Source: the human T2T-CHM13v2.0 reference genome, Homo sapiens. Taken from it: DNA of 64,000 nucleotides. The stretch is taken from NCBI RefSeq assembly GCF_009914755.1, contig NC_060932.1; one strand, given 5' to 3'. Positions 26,581-39,309 of this stretch are shown here, in pieces. Below the pieces are notes generated by a model. It did not search any database and was not told where the DNA came from. It saw only the letters and a program-made list of their open reading frames with translations. The stretch's first letter is position 1; every line of letters begins with the position of its first letter. Both the position numbers and the translations under genes were made by a program.

Positions 26581-28542
26581 GGACTCCAGCAATTCTTTCT
26601 CTCACCTAATCTATCTCTTATTCCCCTCTACTGCATCTATACCAACTAAAAGAAAAACACTTATTGGACACACAAGAGCTCTCGTCTTTTGCATTTGCCC
26701 AGCTTTTCAGGGAAACCCTATGAAAGGGGTGCTACACAGTCCCCACATCCTACCACCCTTCTTTCCCTCACTGCCACTCAAACCTGACTTCTGTCAATAG
26801 GGTCACAATGCCTTCTGCATGACCTCACTAAGCTCTGCCTCTGCCCATTGATATGACCCCTAATTATGTGGTCACTGGAGCTGCTTTCAGGTGTCCTTGT
26901 CCCAAGGGACATACAGCACACAGCCTGTGGAGGGTGGAGGAACCAACTGCAAGGTGGGTTTCCAGTAGGGCCAACTGGGGCTAAAGAAGGGGTGGGAGGC
27001 AATAAAGAGGCTTGCTTTCAGGGTGTAAGTGTAGGAGACAGGAATGTAGACAACAGATTTCAGCCTCCACTTTACTTTCTAGTGGTATTATTATTATTAT
27101 TATTATCAGTAGTATTATCACCATCATTATTTGCTGTGGTATGAGTGTTTGTGTCTCTCCCCCAAAATTCATGCTGAAATCTAATCCCCAATGCAATAGT
27201 ATTAAGAAGCGGAACATTTGGGAAGTGATTAAGGAACACTGACCTTTACCCACTTGGCCCACCATGACCCACCTGATGCAGACTTTCCCCCTTTGTTAGG
27301 GAAGTGCAATTCAGACAACCTTTTATGCACGACCCTGTTCATTCTCTAAACCTCAAGCTCTATTGCTGTCAAACACACAGAACTAGTTTATCTCACTAGA
27401 GATGTGTTCCTTTATTCAAAAAATATTATCTTTCTTTTTTAGCAAGAAAGACTGTAAAATAAGCAAAAGTTTTGATTGTGGATAGTTCAAATCCCAGCTC
27501 AATCACTAGTTGTATAACCTGCATTGACTTGCTCAGAGAAAATATCTATCTCATATAAAAGTTATGTCAACTAAGATACCACTTTCAAGACTCGTGGTAT
27601 GTGATAGGTGTTCAAGAATGTTCATTCTTACTGGAGTGACAGAGGAGTTTCTATATTATTTTATTAAATTATGTAAACTTAAGTTATGCTAACATTTAAT
27701 AAGTGAAATTCAGTGTGTTCCTACAATTTTAGGCCTTATCTACGACCATCTTTCTCCCACACCCAAAATGGCCAAAGTTTCCCTACCAGCCTCTAATTCC
27801 ATGGGCCCTAAAAGGCAAAGTTGTCCTTATTAAGTTTTAAATTTTAGGGATTTTTTTGAGACATTCCAGGCCTTATGGAGGAAAGTAGTATCTTGTGTGA
27901 TTTCAGGTATCCAGAAGTTGACTTAAAAGTTCCTCTTACAGGTTAGGTTCATTTGCATTTCTCTAATGACCAATGATGATGAGCTTTTTTTCATGTTTGT
28001 TGGCTGCATAAATGTCTTTTTTTGAGAAATGTCTGTTCACATCCTTTGCCCACTTTTTGATGGGGTTGAAACTCTTGTGGTGATCCTAGTTAAAACACAA
28101 CTCTGCGTGGATAGGTATTGGGTAGCAATTGACTCTTCCTAAGATTTTTTTTTTTTCCCGAGACAAACAGTAGGAGGTTGACACTATAGCCATCACCAAA
28201 TAAACAGGAGACACTGGAGCTTTGAAAGGTTGAATTATTTGCACAAGATCACTCAGTTGATGAATGGCAGAGCAAAAGTTTTGAAACCAGGGTTATCTGA
28301 CTTTAGAGCTCTTTTATTCTTAGGTACAAAAAAAAATTGTCTCTATTTTTGCAAAGACCACAGCTTACATCAGAGCTTGGCTGATTTCTCTGATGTCTAC
28401 ATCTCATCAACAATCTACCTTTTGGCTTCTCAACACATACTGATTATTAATGTAGGGTGACCACTGTTAGAGAGGTCGAAAGGTATGCATCCCTGAGTTT
28501 CCTCCCTGCCTTCCTTCCTTCTTTTCTTCCTTCCTTCCTGCC

Positions 28543-28885
28543 TTAGTCCATTTGGGATGCTATTAAAAAGTAATATAAACCGGGTGGCTTATAAAGAGCA
28601 GAAGTTTACTTCTCACAGTTCTCGAGGTTGGAAGTCCAAGATCAAGACACCGGCATAGGTGTCTGGAGAGAGCTCGTTCCCTTCTCTGTGTTGTTATGTG
28701 GTGAAAGGTACAAACGAGCTCCTTCAGGCCTCTTTTATAAGGGCAGCAATCCCATCACAAGGGCTTCAGCTCCACGACTTAATCACCTCCTCAAAGCCCG
28801 CACCTTGTAATATCGTCACCACCTTGGGGGTTGGCATTTCAACAGATGAATGGGGAGACAGAAATATTCAAACATTCGGGCCACA
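28543..28885 (-). mobile_element. MLT1-type LTR
   Basis: cttagtccatttgggatgctattaaaa...ctcacagttctcgaggttggaagtccaagatcaag. Confidence 0.75.
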
Positions 28886-29419
28886 GCACTTCCTTACCTC
28901 CTTCCTCCCTCCGTCAATTTATTCATTCATGTATTGATTCTTTCATTCAAGTGTCATTTGTTTAAACAAATACGTGAGTACCTCGTCTCTGCTAGGTACT
29001 TCTCAGGGGCTGAGGAAGTAAGGTAACCAGACAGTGCTTGTTACTTTAGAAGCTCACAGTGTAGAGAAGGAGAGAGATGTAGAAACAATATAAAGCAACA
29101 CAGATGTGGAGGGGAAAGAGAGAAGGAGGAATTTCAGTGTTTTACCGTGTATACTTTCTGCTGTTTAATTCCTTTACCATAAAAATGCGTTGCACTACAT
29201 GATTAAGAAACTCTTTGGCCCCTAATGTGTCACCTAGTTGTAATCTATGCAGAAGTTTGACATGGTAAGAGCCTGCCTAGAATTATCGCTTTTAACCAGG
29301 TAGCAAAAAAAAAAAAAAAAAATCAAACATTGAACTCAACCAAGGAAAAAATGTAATTTCCATTTACAGAATTTCTTCTCCTTTTTTAGCTTCTAAAATG
29401 GGTGGTTTTCCAAAAAACC

Positions 29420-29655
29420 AAGTGCTCTCATTTATAAGTGAGAGCTAGGGTATGAGTACAAAAAGGCATACAGAGTGATATGATGGATTTTAGAGACTCA
29501 GAAGGCCGCAGGGCTAGGAATACAAAACTACCTATTAGGTACAATGTACTCTACTCAGGTGACAGGTGTACTAAAATCTCAGAATTCACCGCTATATAAT
29601 TCATCCATGTAACAAAAAACTATGTGTACCCCAAAAACTACTGAAATTTGAAAAG
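29420..29655 (+). mobile_element. L1 3' end fragment
   Basis: ctcatttataagtgagagcta...ctacctattaggtacaatgtac...catgtaacaaaaaac. Confidence 0.8.
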
Positions 29656-30549
29656 AAGAGAGAGAATTTAACCTCTCCTTAATGATTCATGTAGCACTTT
29701 CATATCTTGAAATAAGGTAATGTCAGTCGTATTAAATATTGGTTAATTTAATCCATAGATGTGTGGAAAGAGGCAGTTGACAGAAAGTAATCTTGCATGA
29801 ATTCAAAATGCAATTTTAATCAAAATGCAATTTTAAAATAGCTGCCCTTACATGGTCTGGCATTAAAAATAAACTTTTTTATAGAATGGAAGAAATAAAA
29901 AATGTTTAAAGGGTGGTTTTCTTTATATTTCCAAAAGGAAAGTTGATAGATGCAGAGACATGAAATGAATGAGGATAAATGAATAAGTGGATGAATCCTC
30001 AATATCACTATTTTATAATAATTTATTCTGGGGAAAAAAAGGCACCAAACCTCAGAGCCATAAGCAGAAATGAAAATCCACCAGAAAATGCAAAATTATT
30101 GTGAAGACTTTCTATTTGAATAGGAGGAGACTTGGATCTGTAATCATGAGTCCATAGATGGAACATTCTCAGGTTACACCCATGCCATAATTTGAACATT
30201 TGAATCAGGAATGCAAGCTTTTTCTCTCTAGCTGAATTGTTGTCGTTGTTGTTGTTCTTCTTCTTTTTAAATTTTGCAGTGATTTACTTTGAGTGGAGTC
30301 ATTTGCTCTTGAGAAGAAGCATCACCACTAAAGGATGCTTTATTTTATTTCTGAAAGGCATTTGCAGGTAGCTCAGCAGATCTGTTTTGCCACTTTTGTA
30401 TCACGCCCTTGTGTGCTTAGCCACATACATGTAGAAATTGGCTAAAATGAAACAAAAGTGCAATAAACTGCTGCTTCTGGATTTAAGTATTAGTTACCCA
30501 AAATTATTTCAAAAAATATCCATTTACTCTATGTATGTTCATTTTTTTA

Positions 30550-30820
30550 AAATTTCAACTTATTTTAGATACAGTAGGTACATGCGCAGATTTGTTACAT
30601 GGGAATATGGTATTATGTGGTGGTTTGGAGTATGGATCTCATTACCCTGGTACTGAACATAGTACCAGATAGGTAGTTTTTTAACCCAACTCCTCCCTCC
30701 ACCCTCTAGTAGTTCACAGTGTCTATAATTCCCATGTTTATGTCCATGTCTGCTCAATGCTTACCTCTTATTTATAAGTGAGAATGTGCAATATTTGGTT
30801 TTCTATTCCTGTGTTAGTTT
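30550..30820 (-). mobile_element. L1 3' end fragment (L1PA/PB-type)
   Basis: gtacatgcgcagatttgttacatggg...ttataagtgagaatgtgcaatatttggtt. Confidence 0.8.
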
Positions 30821-30939
30821 CCCAGCTGAATTCAAACTCATTCCCAGATCACTTGTCCTCCTCAATTGATGTACACTGAAGAAAGAGCTACCTTCAGGCT
30901 GTAAGGTCATCGTATAATCCTGACCACTCATTTCCCATC

Positions 30940-30997
30940 ATGACACTGCTGTTCCTTCTCTTTCTCCTTCTTGGATGTCTGATACAAACAGCCTCAG
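30940..30997 (+). pseudogene. Orphan beta-defensin signal-peptide exon (Defb33-like)
   Basis: ATG with A at -3; MTLLFLLFLLLGCLIQTAS+G; 58 nt; phase-1 donor G|GTAAG; about 15/20 identical to the rodent Defb33 leader as recalled; no six-Cys exon 2 found. Confidence 0.7.
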
Positions 30998-31399
30998 GTA
31001 AGCTACAAGTCCACCTGGAGGATGATGAAGTGGATGCCCTTGGAGCTGACGTAGGCCAAATTGATTGATCAGCCAAGGAAGCACTGAAATATGGAATAAC
31101 TGAACAGCTGCATAGCTGAGAAAAACACAGCATGTACAACAAATTTCGTTTTACAAATCAGGAGAGAGAAGCTTAAAGAAATTTAAAATTTTTTCCCAAG
31201 ATTACATTCATCTAGTTGTTGCAATAGATACCAGACATAACTAACAATTGTGATAGATAACATTAATAGTAGGCATCACAGCTTACAAACCATTTCCATG
31301 TGAATCAAAGCAATGGCAACGACAACACTAATACTAATAACAAATAATGCTGACCACTTTCTGTTTACCAGACATCACGGCAAAGATGTGTTGTGTTAT

Positions 31400-31700
31400 T
31401 TTTTTTGTTTTTTTTTTGTTGTTGTTGTTGTTTTGAGACAGAGTCTAGCTCTGTAGGCCAGGCTGCAGTGCAGTGGCACAATTTCAACTCACTGCAGCTC
31501 TGCCTCCTGGGCTCAAGCAATTCTCCTGCCTCAGCCTCCAGAGTAGCTGGGATTACAGGCATGCGCCTCCATGCCCAGCTAATTTTGTCTTTAGTAGAGA
31601 TGGAGTTTCTCCATGTTGGTCAGGCTGGTCTTGAACTCCCGACCTCGGGTGATCTGCTCCCCTCAGCCTTCCAAAGTGCTAGGATTACAGGTGTGAGTCA
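31400..31700 (-). mobile_element. Alu (AluS-type)
   Basis: Antisense Alu with (TTG)n tail; its 5' end abuts an L1 fragment. Confidence 0.9.
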
Positions 31701-31701
31701 G

Positions 31702-33015
31702 GTGGCTTTCTCAAGTGCCAGCAGTGACAGTGGTGAGCTCGGTAGATAGGCATGCCCTCAAGACCCTGGGAGGCATGTGTAGCATCAGCAATTGCAGTAG
31801 TCATAGCAGGTCAACTCTCGTGACCCCAGATGGCATGTGCAGACACCAACAGTCATGGCAACATGATGGACAGAGTAGTCCTCAGGCTTTCACCTGGTGC
31901 AAATATGTGGGCACTGGTGACAGCCGTGATGGCAGGATGGGAAGTCCTATCCTTAGGCTCTCAGGAGACACACAGGTACTTGATGGTGATAGGCATGGTG
32001 GATTAATCCCCCAGCTCCCAGACAATGTGCACAGGCACCACCAGGCTGGGTGGGCTCATACTCAGGTCACAAGAAGGCATGCACAGGTGCCAATGACAGA
32101 CAGCAGTGTGGGTTGATCCCCAGCGTCCTGGACAACGACCTTGGGTAGTGGTAGTGACAGCAATGGGTGGGATGGGCCTGTGCTCTGGCCCTGGAATAGT
32201 GCCCAGGCAGGTGAGTCCCCAGGTCCCCTGAGGATGCCTGCAGGTGTGCAGTGGCCCTGCTCCTGGGGGTCAGGATTGCTGTCAGTGTCAGTGGTCCTGG
32301 GAAGGTGACTCTCCACTTGAGAAGAGTGCCTGCTTCAGCTCCCTTTGTTCTGGGGGCAGCCTCCCTAGTGAATGGCACTGCCAGTTCCCTGGAGTGTAGG
32401 ACACTGTGTAGGCTAGAGTGATGGGGACCAAGCTACACTGGTGAGTTCAGCTGGTATTGTGACTCTGCAGGCCTCTGGATGGACATGAGGGAATGTCACT
32501 GAGGGTCCAGAGATGTGGAGATTCAGGGGCTGTTGGGCCCCAGGGCAGGATGTAGTCTTTTGGGGGCTGGGCTCTCAAATTGGCATTGTGCCACAGCTGC
32601 CTGTGTCTGGGGGCAGGTGCAGACGATCCAGTGCCAACTCCTTCTCTGGGACAATGACCATCACATAGACTCCAGGCAGCTCCCTATAGTAGTCTCAGGG
32701 CCTGCAAGGGCTGAGAGACTGTCCCTTGGCTAGGATTGCAGTGTCCACAGTGGGAATATGGACCACTGGGGCTCTCTTTTTTACCTTTTCACCACACTGG
32801 AGAGCCTGTCCTGGCTTTAAGCTGATTCTGGCTGGGCTGCTGCTTCATTTTCCTTTCCTTCCATGCCTCAGAGATTCCTCGTCAATTTGCTGCTGAATTC
32901 TAGTGCCCTCTTTCGTGCCCTCTTCAAGGTATGATTATCTACTTGCTGTCTTGGTCTTTCTTTGGGAGGACACAGTGCCTGGTACCTCTAGTCAGCCATC
33001 TTGAAGGCCACCTCC
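31702..33015 (-). mobile_element. Old L1 5'UTR fragment
   Basis: Ends ctagtcagccatcttgaaggccacctcc (reverse complement of L1 start aagatggctgactag); GC-rich degenerate repeats. Confidence 0.6.
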
Positions 33016-33509
33016 TAGCAATGAGAGGATAATATTCTATGTGATGGCTTTAATATATGTGTCCAAACTGCTTCTTTTCTAGGGAAGCACTTACTCTAAG
33101 AAGTAAATGTTATATAGTGCAAAAATATATTAAAGGGTCAGTTGGTGATGCAGTTTCAAAAATGCACTGAGGAAAACTTGGCACTTCCATAGGGTTGAGT
33201 TGGTTGGAATATATCTCAGTCTCTGAGATTTTGAACCCAATGTTTTGAACTTTTTGAGATTTCGAGTAGTCCATGTGACATAACTTAACATTGTTTCTTG
33301 GCCAAATCAGGCATAGTGAAAAATAAAATCCAGCTAACATACTTTTAAATATCTTGATTCTATACTCTTTCAATGACCAAGGGGAGGCCCCCCACTACTT
33401 TACACAAAAAAGAAAACTCTATGAATGAGAATCTCTTCACACAAAGCCACTAAAGTTGTGTCTAAATGGAGGAAAATTGTGACAGGTGGTAAAAGCACTC
33501 AGTGGCTGT

Positions 33510-34018
33510 TGTAGGCAGAATAATGTCCCCTCTGTCTCCCGCCAAAGCTATCCACATCCTAACTCCTGGGTCCTGTGAATGTGCCACCTTGTAAGCAAAG
33601 GGGAATTGAGGTTTCCTGTGAAATTAAGGCTGTTAATCAGCTGAACTTAAAATAGGGAGATTATCTTAGATTATCCAGGTGGGCCCAATGTAATCATGAG
33701 TCCTAAAAAATGGAAGAGTGGGGAGAAGATGAATTCAGAATGATGGAATGTGAGGACTCAACGCTCCGTTGCTGGCTTTGAAAATGTATGAAGGAAGCTA
33801 TGGTGCCCAGGAGTAACCTGTCATTGCTGGGATAAAGGTGCAGGAAGAAAACTGCAGAGCTTCCAGAAGAAAGCTCAGCCCTGCTGACACCTTGATGTTG
33901 GCCCACTGAGATCCATCTGAAACCTGCAGCCTATAGAACTGTCAGATAATGCATTTGTGTTGCTTTAAGCCACTAAGTTTGTTGTAATTTGTTATAGGAG
34001 CCGTAGGAAGCCAATACA
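33510..34018 (+). mobile_element. MLT1D-like LTR
   Basis: tgtaggcagaataatgtcccc...ggaagccaataca. Confidence 0.8.
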
Positions 34019-34488
34019 GTGTTTTAAAAGATGGAAGAAAATGCTGAATGATTATGCCCAGTGAAAGCTGGGAAGCAAAGGAATTCCCTGAATCTTGGCC
34101 AGGCATACATGTACAGACCCAGGGAATTGCCTCCGAAAAGGGTGCTGAAGAAATTGCCTTTAATCTGAGTGCAACTCTTTTTATAATTTAGATTTCTGGT
34201 GAAGTCTGGTTGACGTGATTGTGCAATTTTCCCATGTGCTGCACCTTTATCAGGGAGAGACAGACCCCTGCAAGGCTGCATGGAATAGGATGGCGCATTT
34301 TCCTAGTAAAAAAGGGGAGTGGTCTTCCCACATGCAAGGTGAAGGGTTACAGTGCTAGACAAAAGCAATGGGTATGATTGAAAGTTCCCCCACCCTGCTG
34401 TATGTCAATTTCAACTAAGAGCTCATCTAGATGGGATAGAAGGATACTGGAAACCAAACAGTAATCAAGTCATAACATGTAATATAAA

Positions 34489-34797
34489 CTTTTTTTTCTT
34501 TTTTTTTTTTTTTTTTGAGACAGTGTCTTACTCTGTCACCCAGGCTGGAGTGCAGTGTCGGGATCTCGGCTCACTGAAGCCTCCACCTCATGGATTCAAA
34601 CGATTCTCCTGCTTCAGCCTCCTGTGTAGCTGGGATTACAGGTGCCCGCCACCATGCCTGGCTAAATTTTTGTATTTTTAAAAGAGACAGGGTTTCACCA
34701 TGTTGGCCAGAATGGTCTTGATCTCCTGACCTCACGATCCACCCAGCTTGGCCTCCCAAAGTGCTAGGATTACAGGCATGAGTCACCGCACCCAGCC
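34489..34797 (-). mobile_element. Alu (AluSc/Sg-type)
   Basis: Antisense Alu; TSD gtaatataaacttt. Confidence 0.95.
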
Positions 34798-34969
34798 AGT
34801 AATATAAACTTTTAAAAGAGGTTTTGTGCTGGTTGGTTTTGGTTTATTCTTTTTTGAGGATTCAATAAAAATCCCTGTGAGAAAAATGGAGAGAGGGAAA
34901 GGGAGACAGGGAGACAGGGAGAGGGAGAGAGAAAAAAGAGAACCTAAAACCTCCAGAAAACAACAGGCT

Positions 34970-35133
34970 TCAGTCCTTTTTGGGTGTAGTGCTCTCAATT
35001 CTTGGTTGATGCCCCAGAGGCAGGCAGCAGGGTCGGCTATTTAAACATCTCCCAACATGGATTTCTGTTTCGAGGCAAAAATCCCGACAGGAGCCATTTG
35101 GACGTTCACAGATCTCCTTGAATTTGCCCTTGG
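34970..35133 (-). CDS. DEFB108A: Beta-defensin 108, coding exon 2
   Basis: Acceptor catgtag|; (A)[53 protein letters not shown]; six Cys intact; AATAAA on - at 34843-34848. The A vs C paralog call rests on the ZNF705B context. Confidence 0.9.
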
Positions 35134-36864
35134 CTACATGCAGAAGGGGTTATTGTAACCATTCATCAGTCTTTCTTTACTTTGTATTGAATTACATGGA
35201 CGTAGGGGGCAGTGCCTGAAAATAATCTTGTGTGGATTTGTGTGTGTGTGTGTGTGTGTTATTTGATTTCTTAAACACTTAAAAATCTGCTGCCACACAA
35301 AAATTTGGATTTTTTGGTGTTCTTGAAAAATCTGAGAATATTGGGTGCACCTACATGACAAAAGGCTGGAGGTGAGTAGCCTGCTTCCCTTTACAAGTTC
35401 TAGAGCATACAAGTTTCAGTTTATTTCTTCCTTATTGTCTTCTAACACTGATGGGAGATGTCAGCCTTTTAAGAAAATATAATGTCCTGTACTATGGATT
35501 TTCCTGGAGTGAAAGAGAAGAAAATCTCTTTTGGATCAGCTGTTTTTATTCCTACACACACACACACACTCTCTCTATATGATAGATTATAATAGATGTA
35601 TCTTTCAAAAGTAGAACTGAAATATAGACCTAAAAGATAATATACTTCAATTGTTAGAGAGGATATTTTTCCTGTGGAAGGGAACAATATTCCTATGTGT
35701 TTAATACACAAATATATCTGTGCCATTACTTGTTACACCCTGAGACTTCACTCACTACTTATATCTCTGGCACTGGTCTTTGAGGTTGCAATTTTTCTCT
35801 AGAAACCATTGCATATATTAAGAGTGAAACATTCAAGGTCTTCTTAAAGGCTCAAAAACTATACTTGTTGAAAATATTGAATAGTATTTCATTTATGTCC
35901 TAAGATATCACCGCTCTGGGCATAGGCCACACACTCTGAGGTATTGAGTTTGAAAAGTGTTTTAATTCTGAGCAGTCTTTGTATGTAACACAGAGCACCT
36001 TTTCCATGATAACTTCTTGGCAGTAAGAGAGGTATAAAAACCAGCACTTTTTTTTTTTCTATTCTGGAACACAAAAGCCAATTCTAGAATAGCTTTCAAT
36101 CAGTACAGCAATTTTAATAAACATTCAATAAATGCCTATTTAATTGACCTGAAATCCAAATGTATTAGATTCCATTTAACTTTTCAGTGGTCACAAAGCA
36201 GTTAGTGGATTGATGTGAAGACCAAATATATGCAACATCATATTTATATCTGTAATGCAAATTGGGAAATAAAGGTCATGCTTTTCTGAAGACAATGGTA
36301 ATTGTAAATGTTGACCACTTGGTAGAAACAAGCTGAAATCTGAGTTTTTTGATCCCTGAGCTTTCCATCTCTTCCTTTTATCTGTAAGTAGTCAGCTACT
36401 ATGTATAGTAGTACCCAAGCCCACTGGCCTTGTGCTAAAATTGGCCCTTTGCAGCTGGAAGAGTCATAAGAGATTAGTATAGTGTAGAGGATGAACCACT
36501 GACCTGTCTTGTGATATGTGATAAATCACTCTTGAACATCCCTCTGTGGTAGTACTTCTTGCATTCTACTATGGGTGGTGTTTTCCCATCTGACCTCAAT
36601 TCTTGATAATGAATTTCTTGAGGGCAGGAATAGTATCTTATTCTCCTCTGTATGTATATTCCAGAATCTGATTAAAGTCTTGGCTTATAATAGCTATTCA
36701 GTAAATGATTGTGGAATAATTGATTAAAATACAGCTATTTTCTAACTTGCAATATGTTTGTGCGGAAATTTGTTGTTACTCTCGGTTCAGAGGTCTTTGA
36801 ATCATGTGTACTATTTTACTATACCTGATTCTATTGAGCATTATATTTTCAAACCACTTTTCGA

Positions 36865-37420
36865 GAAACTTAATACAGAACTACCATTTGACCCAGTAAT
36901 CTCACTACTGGGTGTATATCCAAAGGAAAATAAATCAGTCTTGTAAAAAGACCTAAATCTGTATGTTCATCACAGTGGTATTCACAGTAGCAAAGGTATG
37001 GAATCAAACTAGGTGTTCATCAACAGTGGATTGAATAAAGAAAATGTAGTACATATATGTCACGGAATACTATGCATCCATAAAAAGAACAAAATTGTGT
37101 CCTTTTCAGCAACATGGATGCAGCTGGAGGACTTTATTCTAAGCAAATTAGCTCAAGAACAGGAAGACAAATACCACATATTCTCAGTTATAAGGGGGAG
37201 CCGAGCAATGAGTGCACATGGACATAAAAATGGGAACAAGAGAGATTGGGTCTTACCAGGAGGGGAGGGAGAGGGAGTAAAGTCTGAAAAGCTACTCTTT
37301 GGGTACACCCTACCTGTGTGACAGAGTTATTCATACCCCAAACCTCAATATCACACAATATATCCATGTAACAAATCTGCACATGCACTCCCTGAATCTA
37401 AAATAAAGGTTGAAGTTATT
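36865..37420 (+). mobile_element. L1 3' end (L1PB-type)
   Basis: acagaactaccatttgacccagtaatc...catgtaacaaatctgcacatgcactccctgaatctaaaataaa. Confidence 0.85.
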
Positions 37421-39251
37421 TTTAAAAATTGAAATTACAAAAGACTTTTTAAAATTATGATGTACCATTGTTCATTTGTAAGAATTCAAGTAACATTAGG
37501 GATTTTAAAAATCTTTCGTTTTCATTTGTTCTTTGCTTGTAAACCTTGTGTATTGCATATTGTGGACACTATGTCTTTTCCGGCCATTTGCTTTAGGAAC
37601 AAAAGATAGAGTTACAATGAACATAGGCTGTCTTGTCTAGTCACCTACCTTAAAGTTGAGGAAATAAGCTGATGGAAAGGAAGAAACTTGCCCAAGATTA
37701 CCCAGTGATCGAGTGAAGCAGATGATAGGGACAGCACTAAGGCTTGGTATTCTGAGCCTCATTCTATTTTCCACTCTTGCCCTCTCTCTGTGTCCTCCTC
37801 TCCTCTCTAGCCTTCTACAAAAAGTTGGCAGTTCTGCTTCAATGTCTACCTAAGGACATCCAGAGGAGATGCCACCTTTCATTAGGGTGCATTCTTTAGC
37901 ACCATCCTGTGTTTTCTTCTCCAGGCTTGTTGCATCCCATTTTTGACTGTGAGTCATGCTTCTGCCTGTGCTGTTCTATCCAATTAGTTGCTTCTATTTT
38001 GATTGAGTAACAGTGAAAACAAAACAAAACAAAATGTGTTTATCCAAATTTGGAATTTTTAAACCTTGATTAAAAGCATTGATTTTCTGGGGTTATATAT
38101 GTAAGACACATATTTTAAAATATTTTTAACTGATTAAAAAAAATCAAACCCATGTATTTAGCCAGGGTGACTATTTAACAAGTACTAGTGAGACAGGAAT
38201 TCAGTAATGCCACAAGGATAATAATCTTATGTCAGTCCCCGATGTTGTGTGCTACCGAGTTAATATAATTGGATATGGTATCACCTTTTTTCAGGCTTTA
38301 GAAAGTAATACAAAGGAACAGCACAACAGAACTCTAGGGTGGGATGTATAGGGAAAGCCAGGATATTAAAACAAAGTGTTGACTCTGACATTTACCCCAC
38401 TGTTGGGAAAAACAGTTCAGTTTCCAGGGCCTTAATTTTTTTCTCTATAAAACAGCAAAAATAGAGGCAATAAGTTGCTTATTCGTCCTTGAATACACAT
38501 GTTCAGGAGTTCCAGAAAATTTTTGAATCTACTTTGGGTGTCTGGTAACCACCTTGGGCCAATCCAAGAAGTCCTATACACACTTCTCCAAAGCATGTCT
38601 GTGCAAGGGGCCTTATACCTGTGATTAATGTTCGCATGCTGAATGCAGTAGGCTATGCTCTGGTGTGGGATCATCCCTGGTTCCTGTGTTTAAATTCTAC
38701 ATTACAAGACTAGATGCTGAGAAGGAAGAGGGACAGCCAGGGATGGAGATGGAGCCTTAAGGGGAAAAGTCAAGCTCCAGGGACCAACAGTATCGGGGAG
38801 CAATAGGTTAAAGATTTCTTAGATTATAGTAATATTTTCAAAGAGACTTCTTCCACCAATCCCTTCTGTCTGAGCCTACCACAGCTTTGGCATAGCTCTT
38901 ATGCCAGTTCTTAGGATAACTGACTTTTGCCGAAAGAGGAGCTTTGGAGACAAAAATTTAGTAGAATAATGCCTGATTTTTAATTTTTGAGGTCTAGTAA
39001 CTGCTAGTAAACTTGCCTAATTTGGAGATGGAATAAGAGGGTTTCAAAGACTTGAAACACCATTGACTTCATTTAACTGGGTTGCTATGGAGAATTAACG
39101 AATTAGATGGCTGCAGGCCTCTCAGCCAATGAGTCTTCCAGGTTTCCTATGAGACCCCCTTTTCTGGTCATAGGTGATGGTGATTTCTCTTTGAGTATTG
39201 AATCCCTGTAAGGTGTTAGGCACTCTACTCTTACCAAGTTTATTTTGTTAC

Positions 39252-39309
39252 CTGGTAGAACTTGGCTCATAAAGAAGAAAATGGTGAAGAAGAGGACAGC
39301 AATCCTCAT
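39252..39309 (-). CDS. DEFB108A: Beta-defensin 108, coding exon 1 (signal peptide)
   Basis: MRIAVLFFTIFFFMSQVLP+G|gtaac, 58 nt, phase 1; with exon 2 gives 222 nt = 73 aa + stop. Confidence 0.9.

Noticed and set aside
33083-33200. Second candidate exon 2 (acceptor cttcttttctag at 33082)
   Set aside because: Stop after five codons; no defensin motif.
34254-34420. Candidate exon 2 for the orphan Defb33-like exon (acceptor at 34253, GRDRPLQGCME*)
   Set aside because: Early stop and no recoverable six-Cys spacing; similarity too weak.
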